A DNA stretch of 51,896 bases from Candidatus Nanopelagicales bacterium (GTDB lineage Bacteria; Actinomycetota; Actinomycetes; S36-B12): positions 2,710 to 54,605 of the forward strand of contig JAQTXL010000002.1 in the NCBI GenBank assembly GCA_028688835.1, given 5' to 3'. Each line of letters begins with the position of its first letter. Position 1 is the first letter of the stretch. The notes under the pieces were generated by a model. It did not search any database. It worked only from the letters and a program-made list of their open reading frames with translations, and was not told where the DNA came from. Both the position numbers and the translations under genes were made by a program. Shown piece after piece: positions 21,262 to 29,436 of the stretch.

Positions 21262-21825
21262 TCAGCAGCGATGGCGGGTGGCGTTCCAGTGCCGGGCACC
21301 GGACTTGACGTGCTTCCAGTTGTAGATCGTGCTGAAGGCCGCGTCCTGCCAGTAGCGCGTCCAGCGGTGCGCCGGCGTTGCGCGCAGGCGCTGCATCGCG
21401 CGCTCGGCAGCGGTGGCGCCCATGACGCGCGTGAACTCCGGCTGCATCATCCAGGTCGCACCGCGGGCCAGCGCCGACGACATCTGGTAGGCGCCGCGGT
21501 AGCCGCTGTGCGACACCGACGTGTAGTGGCCCGAGCTCTCGCGTCGCACGATGCACCTGCGCTCGCGCTCGACCTTGGCGCGGTAGAACCGGCCGCGGTA
21601 GAGGCTGGGCTGGACGCCGACGGTGTCGAGGGTCTGGGGTGAGGCGAAGGCCAGGCGCCAGGTGCGGCTGGCGAGGGTCGCAGCCTGCGGCACGACCGCG
21701 GTGCGGGCGGCGATCTGCGGGAGCGCCACATCGGCCGTGACGGCCTCGGCGGCGGAGGTGGCCAGTGGGAGCAGGCCCAGGCCCAGTGCGGCTGCCGCGA
21801 TGGCAGCGCGATGCGCAACGCGCAT
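21262..21825 (-). CDS. secreted transglycosylase-like (Rpf/SLT-like) protein
   Basis: It has a signal peptide. C-IVRRESSG...GYRGAYQMS resembles the catalytic-Glu region of transglycosylase-like domains. Confidence 0.55.
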   Translation of the reverse strand: MRVAHRAAIAAAALGLGLLPLATSAAEAVTADVALPQIAARTAVVPQAATLASRTWRLAFASPQTLDTVGVQPSLYRGRFYRAKVERERRCIVRRESSGHYTSVSHSGYRGAYQMSSALARGATWMMQPEFTRVMGATAAERAMQRLRATPAHRWTRYWQDAAFSTIYNWKHVKSGARHWNATRHRC

Positions 21826-21914
21826 GTGTCCTCTTCAGTCAGCACCCGAGGGTGCGTGGCGGCAGCCCAGGTCACTGCGCACGTCGGTCGTCGGTCTGAC
21901 CGGGTGCGCTCGCC

Positions 21915-22015
21915 AGCGCGCACGACCGCCAGCCCGAATCGCACGGGATGGACCACAGGGATCGCGCGGCTCCCGGACTTCACCGGGGAGCTCCCCAAGG
22001 CGGCAGTCGCCGTCC
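21915..22015 (-). ncRNA. candidate ydaO-type (c-di-AMP) riboswitch in the leader of the transglycosylase-like gene
   Basis: An outer helix GCCGCC/GGCGGU encloses two similar hairpins, CCGG-UGAAGU-CCGG and CCCG-UGCGAUU-CGGG. GGUGAAGUCC and CGAUUCGGGCUGGCGGUCGUGCGCG partly resemble the ydaO core. This is a weak by-eye match. Confidence 0.35.
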
Positions 22016-22027
22016 TCGATGTCCATG

Positions 22028-22056
22028 ACGATAGGAAAGGTCCCTGACATCGCCAA
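22028..22056 (-). promoter_or_regulatory. candidate sigma-70-type promoter (TTGGCG-N17-TATCGT)
   Basis: The hexamers have 17-nt spacing on the minus strand. This would give a leader of about 195 nt for the gene at 21262-21825. Confidence 0.3.
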
Positions 22057-22108
22057 GCCGGATCTTGTCCACAGCAGGCCCATTTGTCCGGTTTATGACG
22101 GAAATCGA

Positions 22109-22124
22109 CGTGACGTGCGTCACG
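22109..22124. promoter_or_regulatory. palindrome CGTGAC-GTGC-GTCACG (candidate TetR operator)
   Basis: It is a perfect 6-4-6 inverted repeat in the lower-GC intergenic region upstream of the MFS-TetR operon. Confidence 0.35.
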
Positions 22125-22152
22125 ATGGCGACCCTCACCTGCGGAACGCGAT

Positions 22153-22166
22153 GTGACATGAGTCAT
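22153..22166. promoter_or_regulatory. palindrome GTGAC-ATGA-GTCAT (candidate operator)
   Basis: It has the same GTGAC-N4-GTCAC architecture, with one mismatch. Confidence 0.3.
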
Positions 22167-22212
22167 GAGGTGAATCGTCCGTAATGCCCGGCTTCAACCT
22201 GTGGTTAGATGA

Positions 22213-22228
22213 GTGAACATCCGTTCAC
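22213..22228. promoter_or_regulatory. palindrome GTGAAC-ATCC-GTTCAC (candidate operator)
   Basis: It is a perfect 6-4-6 inverted repeat ending 8 nt before the GGGAGG SD of the MFS gene. Confidence 0.35.
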
Positions 22229-22245
22229 CTCAGGCAGGGAGGCAC

Positions 22246-23706
22246 ATGCCGCTGCGCAGCGCTCGCGCCTTCTCGCCGGCCGCGGTCATCGCCGTGCTGG
22301 CAGTCAGCGGCATGGCCGTCTCGCTCATGCAGACCCTGCTCGTGCCGCTGCTGGCCGACCTCCCCGAGATCCTGCACGCATCGGTCGACGATGTCTCCTG
22401 GGTCGTCACGGCCACCCTGCTGTCCAGCGCGGTGGCCACGCCCACGCTGTCGCGCCTGGCCGACATGTTCGGCAAGAAGCGGATGATGCTCGTCTGCCTG
22501 GGCCTGCTCCTCATCGGGTCGATCATCGGTGCGCTGAGCAGCAGCCTCGTGCTCATCATCGTCGCCCGCGTCTTCCAGGGCACGGCATCCGCGCTCATCC
22601 CGATCGGCATGAGCATCATGCGCGACGAGCTGCCCAAGGAGCAGCTGAGCGCGGCCGTCGCCCTCATGAGCGCCACGCTCGGCATCGGCGCCGCGCTCGG
22701 GCTTCCCCTCTCGGGGGTCGTCTATGAGGCCTTCGGCTGGCACGCGATCTTCTGGGTCTCCGGCATCTTCGCCATCGCCATGGCGATCGCCATCGCGATC
22801 GTCATCCGCGAGTCCGCGGTGCGCACCGGCGGGTCCTTCGACTATGTGGGCGCCATCCTGCTGTCCGGCGCCCTCACCGCCCTGCTGCTCGGCATCTCCA
22901 AGGGCGGATCCTGGGGCTGGACCAGCACCGAGACGCTGCTCACCTTCGGCGTGAGTGCAGGCGTGTTCGCGATGTGGACGCCCTGGGAGTTCCGCTCCCG
23001 CCAGCCCCTGGTCGACCTCCGGGTCAGCCTGCGCCGCTCCGTGCTCATGACCAACATGACCGCGGTGCTCATGGGGTTCGCCATGTACGCGAACATGCTC
23101 TCCACCATCGAGATGCTCGAGATGCCGGCGGTGACCGGCTACGGCCACGGGCTCAGCAGTCTCGAAGCCGGCCTGGCCATGATCCCCACCTGCCTGACGA
23201 TGGTGGTGCTGGCTCCCGTGTCGGCGAGGATCACCCACCGCTTCGGCGCCAAGACGACGCTCATCACCGGAGCGCTGATCATGGCGATCGGCTACGTCGC
23301 GCGCATCTTCATGCATGACACGGTCACCATGATCGTGATCGCTGCGGTCATCGTGTCGGCCGGCACGGCCGTGTCCTTCGCAGCGATGCCCATCCTCATC
23401 ATGGGCGCGGTGCCCGAGACCGAGACCGCGGCGGCCAACGGCCTCAACACCCTGCTGCGCAGCATCGGCGCATCCGTCTCCAGCGCCGCGATCGCCGGCA
23501 TCCTGGCCGTGGTGACCCTGAGCGTCGCCGGCCGCAACCTGCCCTCGCTGGCCGCCTTCCAGCTCGTCTTCGTCCTGGCGGCCCTCGCCTCGTTCATCGG
23601 CGCCCTCATCGCCATGGCGATCCCCAAGGCCGAGTTCAACGATCTCGAGCCGATCGACCCCGACACCATCGCAGCGCTCACCCACACACATGAGGTCACG
23701 AAGTGA
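22246..23706 (+). CDS. MFS transporter, 14-TM DHA2 (EmrB/QacA-like) drug-efflux type
   Basis: The ATG at 22246 follows GGGAGG. LADMFGKKRM (motif A-like) is present and there are about 14 hydrophobic segments. Confidence 0.85.
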   Translation: MPLRSARAFSPAAVIAVLAVSGMAVSLMQTLLVPLLADLPEILHASVDDVSWVVTATLLSSAVATPTLSRLADMFGKKRMMLVCLGLLLIGSIIGALSSSLVLIIVARVFQGTASALIPIGMSIMRDELPKEQLSAAVALMSATLGIGAALGLPLSGVVYEAFGWHAIFWVSGIFAIAMAIAIAIVIRESAVRTGGSFDYVGAILLSGALTALLLGISKGGSWGWTSTETLLTFGVSAGVFAMWTPWEFRSRQPLVDLRVSLRRSVLMTNMTAVLMGFAMYANMLSTIEMLEMPAVTGYGHGLSSLEAGLAMIPTCLTMVVLAPVSARITHRFGAKTTLITGALIMAIGYVARIFMHDTVTMIVIAAVIVSAGTAVSFAAMPILIMGAVPETETAAANGLNTLLRSIGASVSSAAIAGILAVVTLSVAGRNLPSLAAFQLVFVLAALASFIGALIAMAIPKAEFNDLEPIDPDTIAALTHTHEVTK

Positions 23707-24254
23707 AATCGAACTCGCGCGAGCTCGTCCTCGATGCCGCCCGCCGGCTGTTCGCCGAGCGCGGGTACCCGTCGGTCACCATCCGCCAGATCGCGGCCGA
23801 GGCCGGGCTGTCGGCGTCCATGGTCATGAAGGTCGGCGGCAGCAAGGCCAAGCTCTACGAGGACGCTGCCCCGACCGACCCGGAGCCGCTGGACCCCGCG
23901 ACCCCGCAGAGCGAGCTGGGCGTGGTGCTGGCCTCGCGCATCCTCAATCGACGAGCGACCGAGTCCTCGGACCCCTGGGTCCAGTCGGTCTTCCGCACCG
24001 CCGACGCCCCGAATCCCAAGGCCTCGCGCGAGGAGTTCCACGCCTGGGCCGTGCAGCACCTGACCAAGCTGCTCCCGGCCTCGCCCGAGCGCGAGCGCCG
24101 CGTGGAGCTGCTCACCTGCCTGATCCTGGGTCTCGCCGTCGGCCTGCGCACGCAGCGCCTGCTGGAGAACGACGACGACGCCTGGATCATCGCGACCTAC
24201 GGACGCCTGATGCAGGAGGTCATCGACGGGGACGCAGCGCCTCGTTCTTCCTGA
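23703..24254 (+). CDS. TetR/AcrR family transcriptional regulator
   Basis: The HTH is LVLDAARRLFAERGYPSVTIRQIAAEAGLSASMV. The GTG start overlaps the MFS stop (GTGA). Confidence 0.9.
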   Translation: MKSNSRELVLDAARRLFAERGYPSVTIRQIAAEAGLSASMVMKVGGSKAKLYEDAAPTDPEPLDPATPQSELGVVLASRILNRRATESSDPWVQSVFRTADAPNPKASREEFHAWAVQHLTKLLPASPERERRVELLTCLILGLAVGLRTQRLLENDDDAWIIATYGRLMQEVIDGDAAPRSS

Positions 24255-24705
24255 AGTCCCAACTGGTGATCTTCGACGGGGTGATGCGCAGCCAGGCGTG
24301 CCGGCCGTCGGGCGTGTAGGTATCGCTGTCGGCGTACTTGCGACCGAACGCCGCCTCCACCGGTGCCAGCTCGGCATTGGGCGTGGCCTCGCGCGGGACC
24401 TCGCCGACGACCGCAGTGGTGCCCTCGATCTCCACGCCATGCAGCTCGTGGAAGTCATGGCCGCCGTCGATGACGACCGCGATCCGCGGCAGGCGCTCGA
24501 GGTCGACCCAGCGCTGGCTCTGCACGATTGAGTTGAGCCACAGCGATGCGCCGTCCCAGACGAACCACAGCGGCGTCACATGCGGTGACCCGTCAGACCC
24601 GACCGTGGCGACGCGGCACACGCGTGCCTCCGCCAGGTAGGCATCGCGCTCGGCGTCAGTCATCGCGATGCGACGGCTGCGCTTCTGCTCCTTGAGCTCG
24701 CTCAT
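24220..24705 (-). CDS. pyridoxamine 5'-phosphate oxidase family (PPOX-class, possibly F420-dependent) protein
   Basis: The start was re-picked at MSELKEQ (24705). CRVATVGSDGSPHVTPLWFVWDG is typical of the family. The 366-aa ORF in the track is an over-extension through the ECH gene in another frame. Confidence 0.75.
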   Translation of the reverse strand: MSELKEQKRSRRIAMTDAERDAYLAEARVCRVATVGSDGSPHVTPLWFVWDGASLWLNSIVQSQRWVDLERLPRIAVVIDGGHDFHELHGVEIEGTTAVVGEVPREATPNAELAPVEAAFGRKYADSDTYTPDGRHAWLRITPSKITSWDFRKNEALRPRR

Positions 24706-24707
24706 GG

Positions 24708-25457
24708 CTAGCGTCCCTTCCACTCGGGTCTGCGCTTCTCGAAGAAGGCCGCGTTGCCCTCCTGCATGTCCTCGGAGGCCAGGATCGCCTCGACGGCGAT
24801 GCGCGTGGCCTCCCAGCCCGCCTCGTCCTCGAGCACGAGCTGGCGGTTGATGGCGGCCAGGGTCTGCTGCACCGAGTGCGGCGACGCCTCGCAGATGCGC
24901 TCGGCCAGCGCCACGGCTGCGGCGCAGGCCTGCTCGGGCTCGGTCACTTCGCACACCAGGCCGAGCTGGAGGGCACGATGCGCATCGAGCACCGTGCCCG
25001 CGATGAGCATCTCGCGTGCCACGTTGATCGGCAGCGCGCGCATGGCGCGGAAGAGCGCGCCCGACGTCGCGATGACCCCGCGGCTGACCTCGGGCAGCCC
25101 GAAGCGCGCGGTCGTGGAGGCCACGATGAGGTCGCAGGCCAGGGCGATCTCGAACCCGCCGCCGAGCGCATTGCCCTCGACGGCCGCGATGAGCGGCTTG
25201 CGGCGCTGGCGCCGGATCAGCCCGTACTCGCCGCCCCGCTCGGTCGCGCGGGCATCCCGCGAGCTGATGTCGGTGCCGGCGGAGAACATCGTCGGCGTGC
25301 CCGTGATGACACCGGCCCACAGCTCAGGGGTGTCGTCGAGCTCGTTGAGCGCGCGGTCGATGCCCTCCGTGATCTCCGCATTGATCGCATTGCGCTTCTC
25401 AGGACGGTCGATGGTGATGACGAGGATGCGTCCTCGTTGCTCATGGCGCGCAGTCAC
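24708..25457 (-). CDS. enoyl-CoA hydratase/isomerase (crotonase) family protein
   Basis: It carries ITIDRPEKRNA, FSAGTD and AAVEGNALGGGFEIALACD. Confidence 0.9.
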   Translation of the reverse strand: MTARHEQRGRILVITIDRPEKRNAINAEITEGIDRALNELDDTPELWAGVITGTPTMFSAGTDISSRDARATERGGEYGLIRRQRRKPLIAAVEGNALGGGFEIALACDLIVASTTARFGLPEVSRGVIATSGALFRAMRALPINVAREMLIAGTVLDAHRALQLGLVCEVTEPEQACAAAVALAERICEASPHSVQQTLAAINRQLVLEDEAGWEATRIAVEAILASEDMQEGNAAFFEKRRPEWKGR

Positions 25458-25570
25458 GTCGGCAACCCTAGGGCGGTGACCAGCTGCACAGCGGCGATCA
25501 CCGGAAATGACTGACCCCCCTCAGTGCCCGTCGGTAGTGTCAGTCACGCGCCTCGGCGCAGCCTTCGGGC

Positions 25571-26701
25571 ATGGGACCGCAGGAGCGAGGTGGACGCGTG
25601 ACGCAGCTCGATCACCTGCGCGCACGCGTGCGCGCCTTCCTCGCCGAGGAGCTCGCCGAGCGTCGCTTCACCCCACACTGCGACTCATGGCTGGTGGGCA
25701 ACGACCGCGCCTTCAGCCGACGCCTGGGGGCACAGCACCTCATCGGGCTCATGCTGCCCACGGAGTTCGGCGGCGGTGGCGGTGGCGTTGCCGATCGCCT
25801 CGTCGTCAGTGAGGAGCTGCTCGCCGCGGGCGCGCCGGTTGCGGCGCACTGGTTCGCGGAGCGTCAGTTCGCACCCTCCCTGCTGCGCCACGGCACGAGC
25901 GCCCAGCAGCTCGAGTGGCTGCCGCGGATCACCGGGGGCGAGGCCTGCATCGCCATCGGGCTGAGCGAGCCCGATGCCGGCTCCGACCTCGCCGCCGTGC
26001 GCACGCGCGCCGTGGCGTCCGAAGGCGGCTGGCGCATCACCGGCACCAAGATCTGGACCAGTGGCGCGCACCTCGCCGATGCGATGGTCGTGCTCGCCCG
26101 CACCGGCGGTGAGCGGCATGCCGGGCTGACGCAGTTCATCGTGCGCCTGCCGAACCCCGATGTCACGGTGCGGCCCATCCGCCTCATCAGCGGCGAGCAT
26201 CACTTCAACGAGGTCAGCTTCACCGAGGCGTTCGTGCCCGACGCCGATGTGCTCGGGGAGATCGGCAACGGCTGGACCCAGGCGATGCAGGAGCTCGCCT
26301 TCGAGCGCGCCGGACCCGAGCGGTACCTGTCGACCCTGCCGCTGCTGCAGGCCATGGTCGAGGGCCTTGGCCCCCAGCCGGCCGACCCCGGCGCCGTCGG
26401 CCGGATCATCGCCGACATCTCGACCTTCCGCGTGGTCAACCAGCGCGTCATCGAGCACCTCGCCGCAGGCGACACGGCGGCCATCGACATCGCGATGCTC
26501 AAGAGCTCAGCGACCGCATTCGAGCAGCGCTCCGTCGCAGTCGCCCTCGACCTCGCAGCCGATCCGGGCCGCGTGTCACCACCATCCACTGAGGCAGCGA
26601 CACTCCTGCGCGAGTCGCAGTTCCAGGCGCCGGGCTTCACCATCCGCGGCGGCACCAACGAGGTGCTGCGCGGCATCGTCAGCAAGGGCCTGCTGCGATG
26701 A
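25571..26701 (+). CDS. acyl-CoA dehydrogenase family protein (subunit 1 of an adjacent pair)
   Basis: SEPDAGSDLAAVRT, KIWTSGA and the GGTNEVLR tail are present. An alternative GTG start lies at 25598. Confidence 0.85.
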   Translation: MGPQERGGRVTQLDHLRARVRAFLAEELAERRFTPHCDSWLVGNDRAFSRRLGAQHLIGLMLPTEFGGGGGGVADRLVVSEELLAAGAPVAAHWFAERQFAPSLLRHGTSAQQLEWLPRITGGEACIAIGLSEPDAGSDLAAVRTRAVASEGGWRITGTKIWTSGAHLADAMVVLARTGGERHAGLTQFIVRLPNPDVTVRPIRLISGEHHFNEVSFTEAFVPDADVLGEIGNGWTQAMQELAFERAGPERYLSTLPLLQAMVEGLGPQPADPGAVGRIIADISTFRVVNQRVIEHLAAGDTAAIDIAMLKSSATAFEQRSVAVALDLAADPGRVSPPSTEAATLLRESQFQAPGFTIRGGTNEVLRGIVSKGLLR

Positions 26702-27741
26702 GCGCCCTCGACTGGGATCGCACAGAGACCCGCGTCGCGCTGCGCGAGTCGCTCGCGGACATGCAGGCGCGCGCCGGTTCCGGCCTGCTCGAGCACCTGA
26801 TCGACGCCGAGATTCCCTGGATCGGCATCAGCACCCATGACGGCGGGGCAGGCGGTGACCTCGGCGACGCCGCGATTGCCGTGCGCACCCTCGCGACGAT
26901 GGAGCTCGACGCCCCCATCGCCGAGACCGGCCTCGTGTGCGGCTGGGCTCTCGCCAGCTGCGGCCTGCAACTCGAGCGGCAGCTCATGGCACCCGCCTTC
27001 GAGCTCGGCACCTCGCTCACCGGCATCGCGGTCGATGGGGTCGTGCGGGTGTCAGGTCACGTCGACGAGGTCCCGGGTGCCTTGGCCGCACAGGCGATCA
27101 TCACGACCGTCGAGATCGATGGGGTGCTGCAGCTGTGCGCCGTTGCGATCGCCGATGCAGCCGTCACCAGCACCGTGAATCTCGCCGACGAGTCGCGTTG
27201 CTCGCTCACCTACGTCAGCGCGCCAGTGGTCGCTTCGGCTCCCCTTGCGGCAGGCCTGACGCGCTTCGACCTGCTGGCCCGCCTCGCGCTGGCGCGCGCC
27301 ATCCAGTCCTGTGGAGCGCTCACCGAGCTGCGCGATCTCACCATCGGCTATGCGCGCACCCGCGAGCAGTTCGGCCGGCCGCTGTCCGATCTCCAGGTGA
27401 TCGCGCAGATGCTCGCCGAGCTCGCAGAGCTCACGCTGTCGGCGCAGGCCGCAGTCGCCGCAGCAATCGAGCGCCCGGGCACCTGGCAGTCAGCCATCGC
27501 GAAGTCGGTCACCGGACGGGCGGCCCGCCGGGCAGCGGCGCTCGCGCACCAGGTGCACGGCGCGATGGGCATGAGCCAGGAGTACCCGCTCGGCCGGCTC
27601 ACCACGCGCCTGTGGTCCTGGACCGAGGAGGCCGGTCGGCCCGAGCTGTGGGAGGCCTGGATCGGCGAGCAGTTCCTCCTGCAGTCGTCACCGGTACTTT
27701 GGGACACCGTGGTCAACGGCGTGCGAGGGGAGTCAGCATGA
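26698..27741 (+). CDS. acyl-CoA dehydrogenase family protein (subunit 2 of an adjacent pair)
   Basis: YARTREQFGRPLSDLQVI and QVHGAMGMSQEYPLGR indicate an ACAD C-terminal domain. It overlaps the upstream gene by ATGA. Confidence 0.8.
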   Translation: MSALDWDRTETRVALRESLADMQARAGSGLLEHLIDAEIPWIGISTHDGGAGGDLGDAAIAVRTLATMELDAPIAETGLVCGWALASCGLQLERQLMAPAFELGTSLTGIAVDGVVRVSGHVDEVPGALAAQAIITTVEIDGVLQLCAVAIADAAVTSTVNLADESRCSLTYVSAPVVASAPLAAGLTRFDLLARLALARAIQSCGALTELRDLTIGYARTREQFGRPLSDLQVIAQMLAELAELTLSAQAAVAAAIERPGTWQSAIAKSVTGRAARRAAALAHQVHGAMGMSQEYPLGRLTTRLWSWTEEAGRPELWEAWIGEQFLLQSSPVLWDTVVNGVRGESA

Positions 27742-28523
27742 GCGACGAGGTGCTCTACGACGTCCGCAACGGCGTGGCCGTGCTGACCCTGAACCGCCCT
27801 GAGCGCCGCAATGCGTTCACCATGACGCTGATCCACCGCTGGGCTGACCTGCTCGAGGCCGCGAACGCCGATGACGCGGTGCGCGCGATCGTGGTGACGG
27901 GTGCGGGTGGCGCGTTCTGCGCCGGCATCGATCTCGACGTGCTGGCATCACTCGACCCTTCAGCGCTGACCCGGCGCGACTTCCTCACCGACGAGGTCCA
28001 CCGCGTCGCACGCGCCGTCGAGCGCAGTGACAAGCCGATCATCGCCGCCGTCAGCGGTGCAGCAGTCGGTGCCGGGATGGACATGGCCCTCATGTGCGAC
28101 ATGCGCATCGTCGGTCCTTCGACCTCCTTCGCCGCCTCGTACGTGCGCCTCGGCCTCGTGCCCGGCGATGGGGGCTGCTACTACCTGCCGCGGCTCGTGG
28201 GTGTGGCCAAGGCGCTCGAGCTGCTGCTCACCGGCGATGCCGTGAGCGGCACCGAGGCCGCGGCCCTGGGCCTGGCCAACCACGTGGTGGCCGACGATGA
28301 GGTGCTGCCGTTCACCGTCGCCCTCGCCGAGCGCATCGCGGCCCAGCCGCCGATCAGCGTGAAGCTGATCCGACGCACCGTCTACCAGTCGCAGGACATC
28401 GACCTGCGCACGTCGCTCGATCTCATCGCCTCGCACATGGGCGTGATCATGACGACCGACGATCATCAGGAGGCCCTGGCGGCATTCCGCGAAAAGCGCC
28501 CGGGCACCTTCACCGGAAAGTAG
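27738..28523 (+). CDS. enoyl-CoA hydratase/isomerase family protein
   Basis: The start is at MSDEVLYDV (ATG 27738, overlapping the ACAD stop). LTLNRPERRNA, FCAGIDL and AAVSGAAVGAGMDMALMCD are present. Confidence 0.9.
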   Translation: MSDEVLYDVRNGVAVLTLNRPERRNAFTMTLIHRWADLLEAANADDAVRAIVVTGAGGAFCAGIDLDVLASLDPSALTRRDFLTDEVHRVARAVERSDKPIIAAVSGAAVGAGMDMALMCDMRIVGPSTSFAASYVRLGLVPGDGGCYYLPRLVGVAKALELLLTGDAVSGTEAAALGLANHVVADDEVLPFTVALAERIAAQPPISVKLIRRTVYQSQDIDLRTSLDLIASHMGVIMTTDDHQEALAAFREKRPGTFTGK

Positions 28524-28557
28524 CCTTCGCAGGACTCGCGACCGAGAGAAGGCCCTG

Positions 28558-29415
28558 ATGGCTCGCACCCTGGAAGTCCTGCGCCACGGACACGTCAACC
28601 AGTTCTGCAGCGACTACGACGCACTGCTCGACTTCTACCGAGGCACCTTCGACTCCCCGGTGTTCATGGAGTTCGGCACGCCGCAGTTCGGCGCGCGCAA
28701 TGCGCTCTACGTCGCTGGCGCCGCCTGCTTCGAGGTGTTCTCGCCGACCGATCCCGATCAGGCGATCGGTGCCTGGATCGCCCGCTTCGGTGAGCGCTGG
28801 CACTCGCTCGAGTGGACCGTGCCCTCGCTGGAGGAGGCCATCGCGATCGTCGAGGAGCGCGGCATCCGCATCACCGACCACGTCCCCGGTGAGTACATCT
28901 TCGTGCACCCGCGCGACTGCCACGGACTGTCGCTCGAGCTCACCACGCACTTCTTCGAGCACGACCCGCGAGGGGAGGCCGACTGGGATCCCGCGATCGG
29001 CGCTGGCACGAACCCTGTCGGCATCAGCGGCGGGCCCACGGTGACCCTGTGCGTCCCTGATGCTGCTGCGTCGGCCGCGTGGATGTGCGATCTCACGGGT
29101 CGTTCCGTGGCAACGGCGCACGTCGGCACCGCGCGCGTCTCGTCCGCGATCGACTTCGACGACCATATCGTCGAGTTCGTGTCGCCGACCGACGCTCCCG
29201 AGGACGCAGGGCTGGCACAGGCGCTCGCCAGCCGCGGCGCCTCGATCTACGCCGTGACCCTGCCCGTGCGCTCGCTGGACGCGGCCGCGCTTGAGCTCGC
29301 TGCCCGCGGCGTCCGCACGACACCCGCCGGCTGGGACCAGCACCGGCTCATCGCCATCGACCAGGCCCAGAGCGGCGGCGCACTCCTGCGCCTGCGCGAG
29401 GCCGCCCGCATCTAG
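28558..29415 (+). CDS. two-domain VOC (glyoxalase/extradiol dioxygenase/epimerase fold) family protein
   Basis: At 285 aa it has internal duplication of the beta-alpha-beta-beta-beta module pattern. It is a paralogue of the next gene. Confidence 0.65.
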   Translation: MARTLEVLRHGHVNQFCSDYDALLDFYRGTFDSPVFMEFGTPQFGARNALYVAGAACFEVFSPTDPDQAIGAWIARFGERWHSLEWTVPSLEEAIAIVEERGIRITDHVPGEYIFVHPRDCHGLSLELTTHFFEHDPRGEADWDPAIGAGTNPVGISGGPTVTLCVPDAAASAAWMCDLTGRSVATAHVGTARVSSAIDFDDHIVEFVSPTDAPEDAGLAQALASRGASIYAVTLPVRSLDAAALELAARGVRTTPAGWDQHRLIAIDQAQSGGALLRLREAARI

Positions 29416-29436
29416 TCGACCGGATCGGAGCTGCGC

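Noticed and set aside
26937-27737. A long N-terminal extension (528-aa ORF) of the enoyl-CoA hydratase at 27738-28523. Analogous over-extensions affect folB, pstB, PNPOx, the ECH at 34573, ALDH, the exonuclease and the Vgb-like gene.
   Set aside because: The extensions overlap upstream genes in other frames and are Arg/Pro-rich. The family-typical N-termini with SD sequences or stop/start overlaps lie at the internal starts I used.
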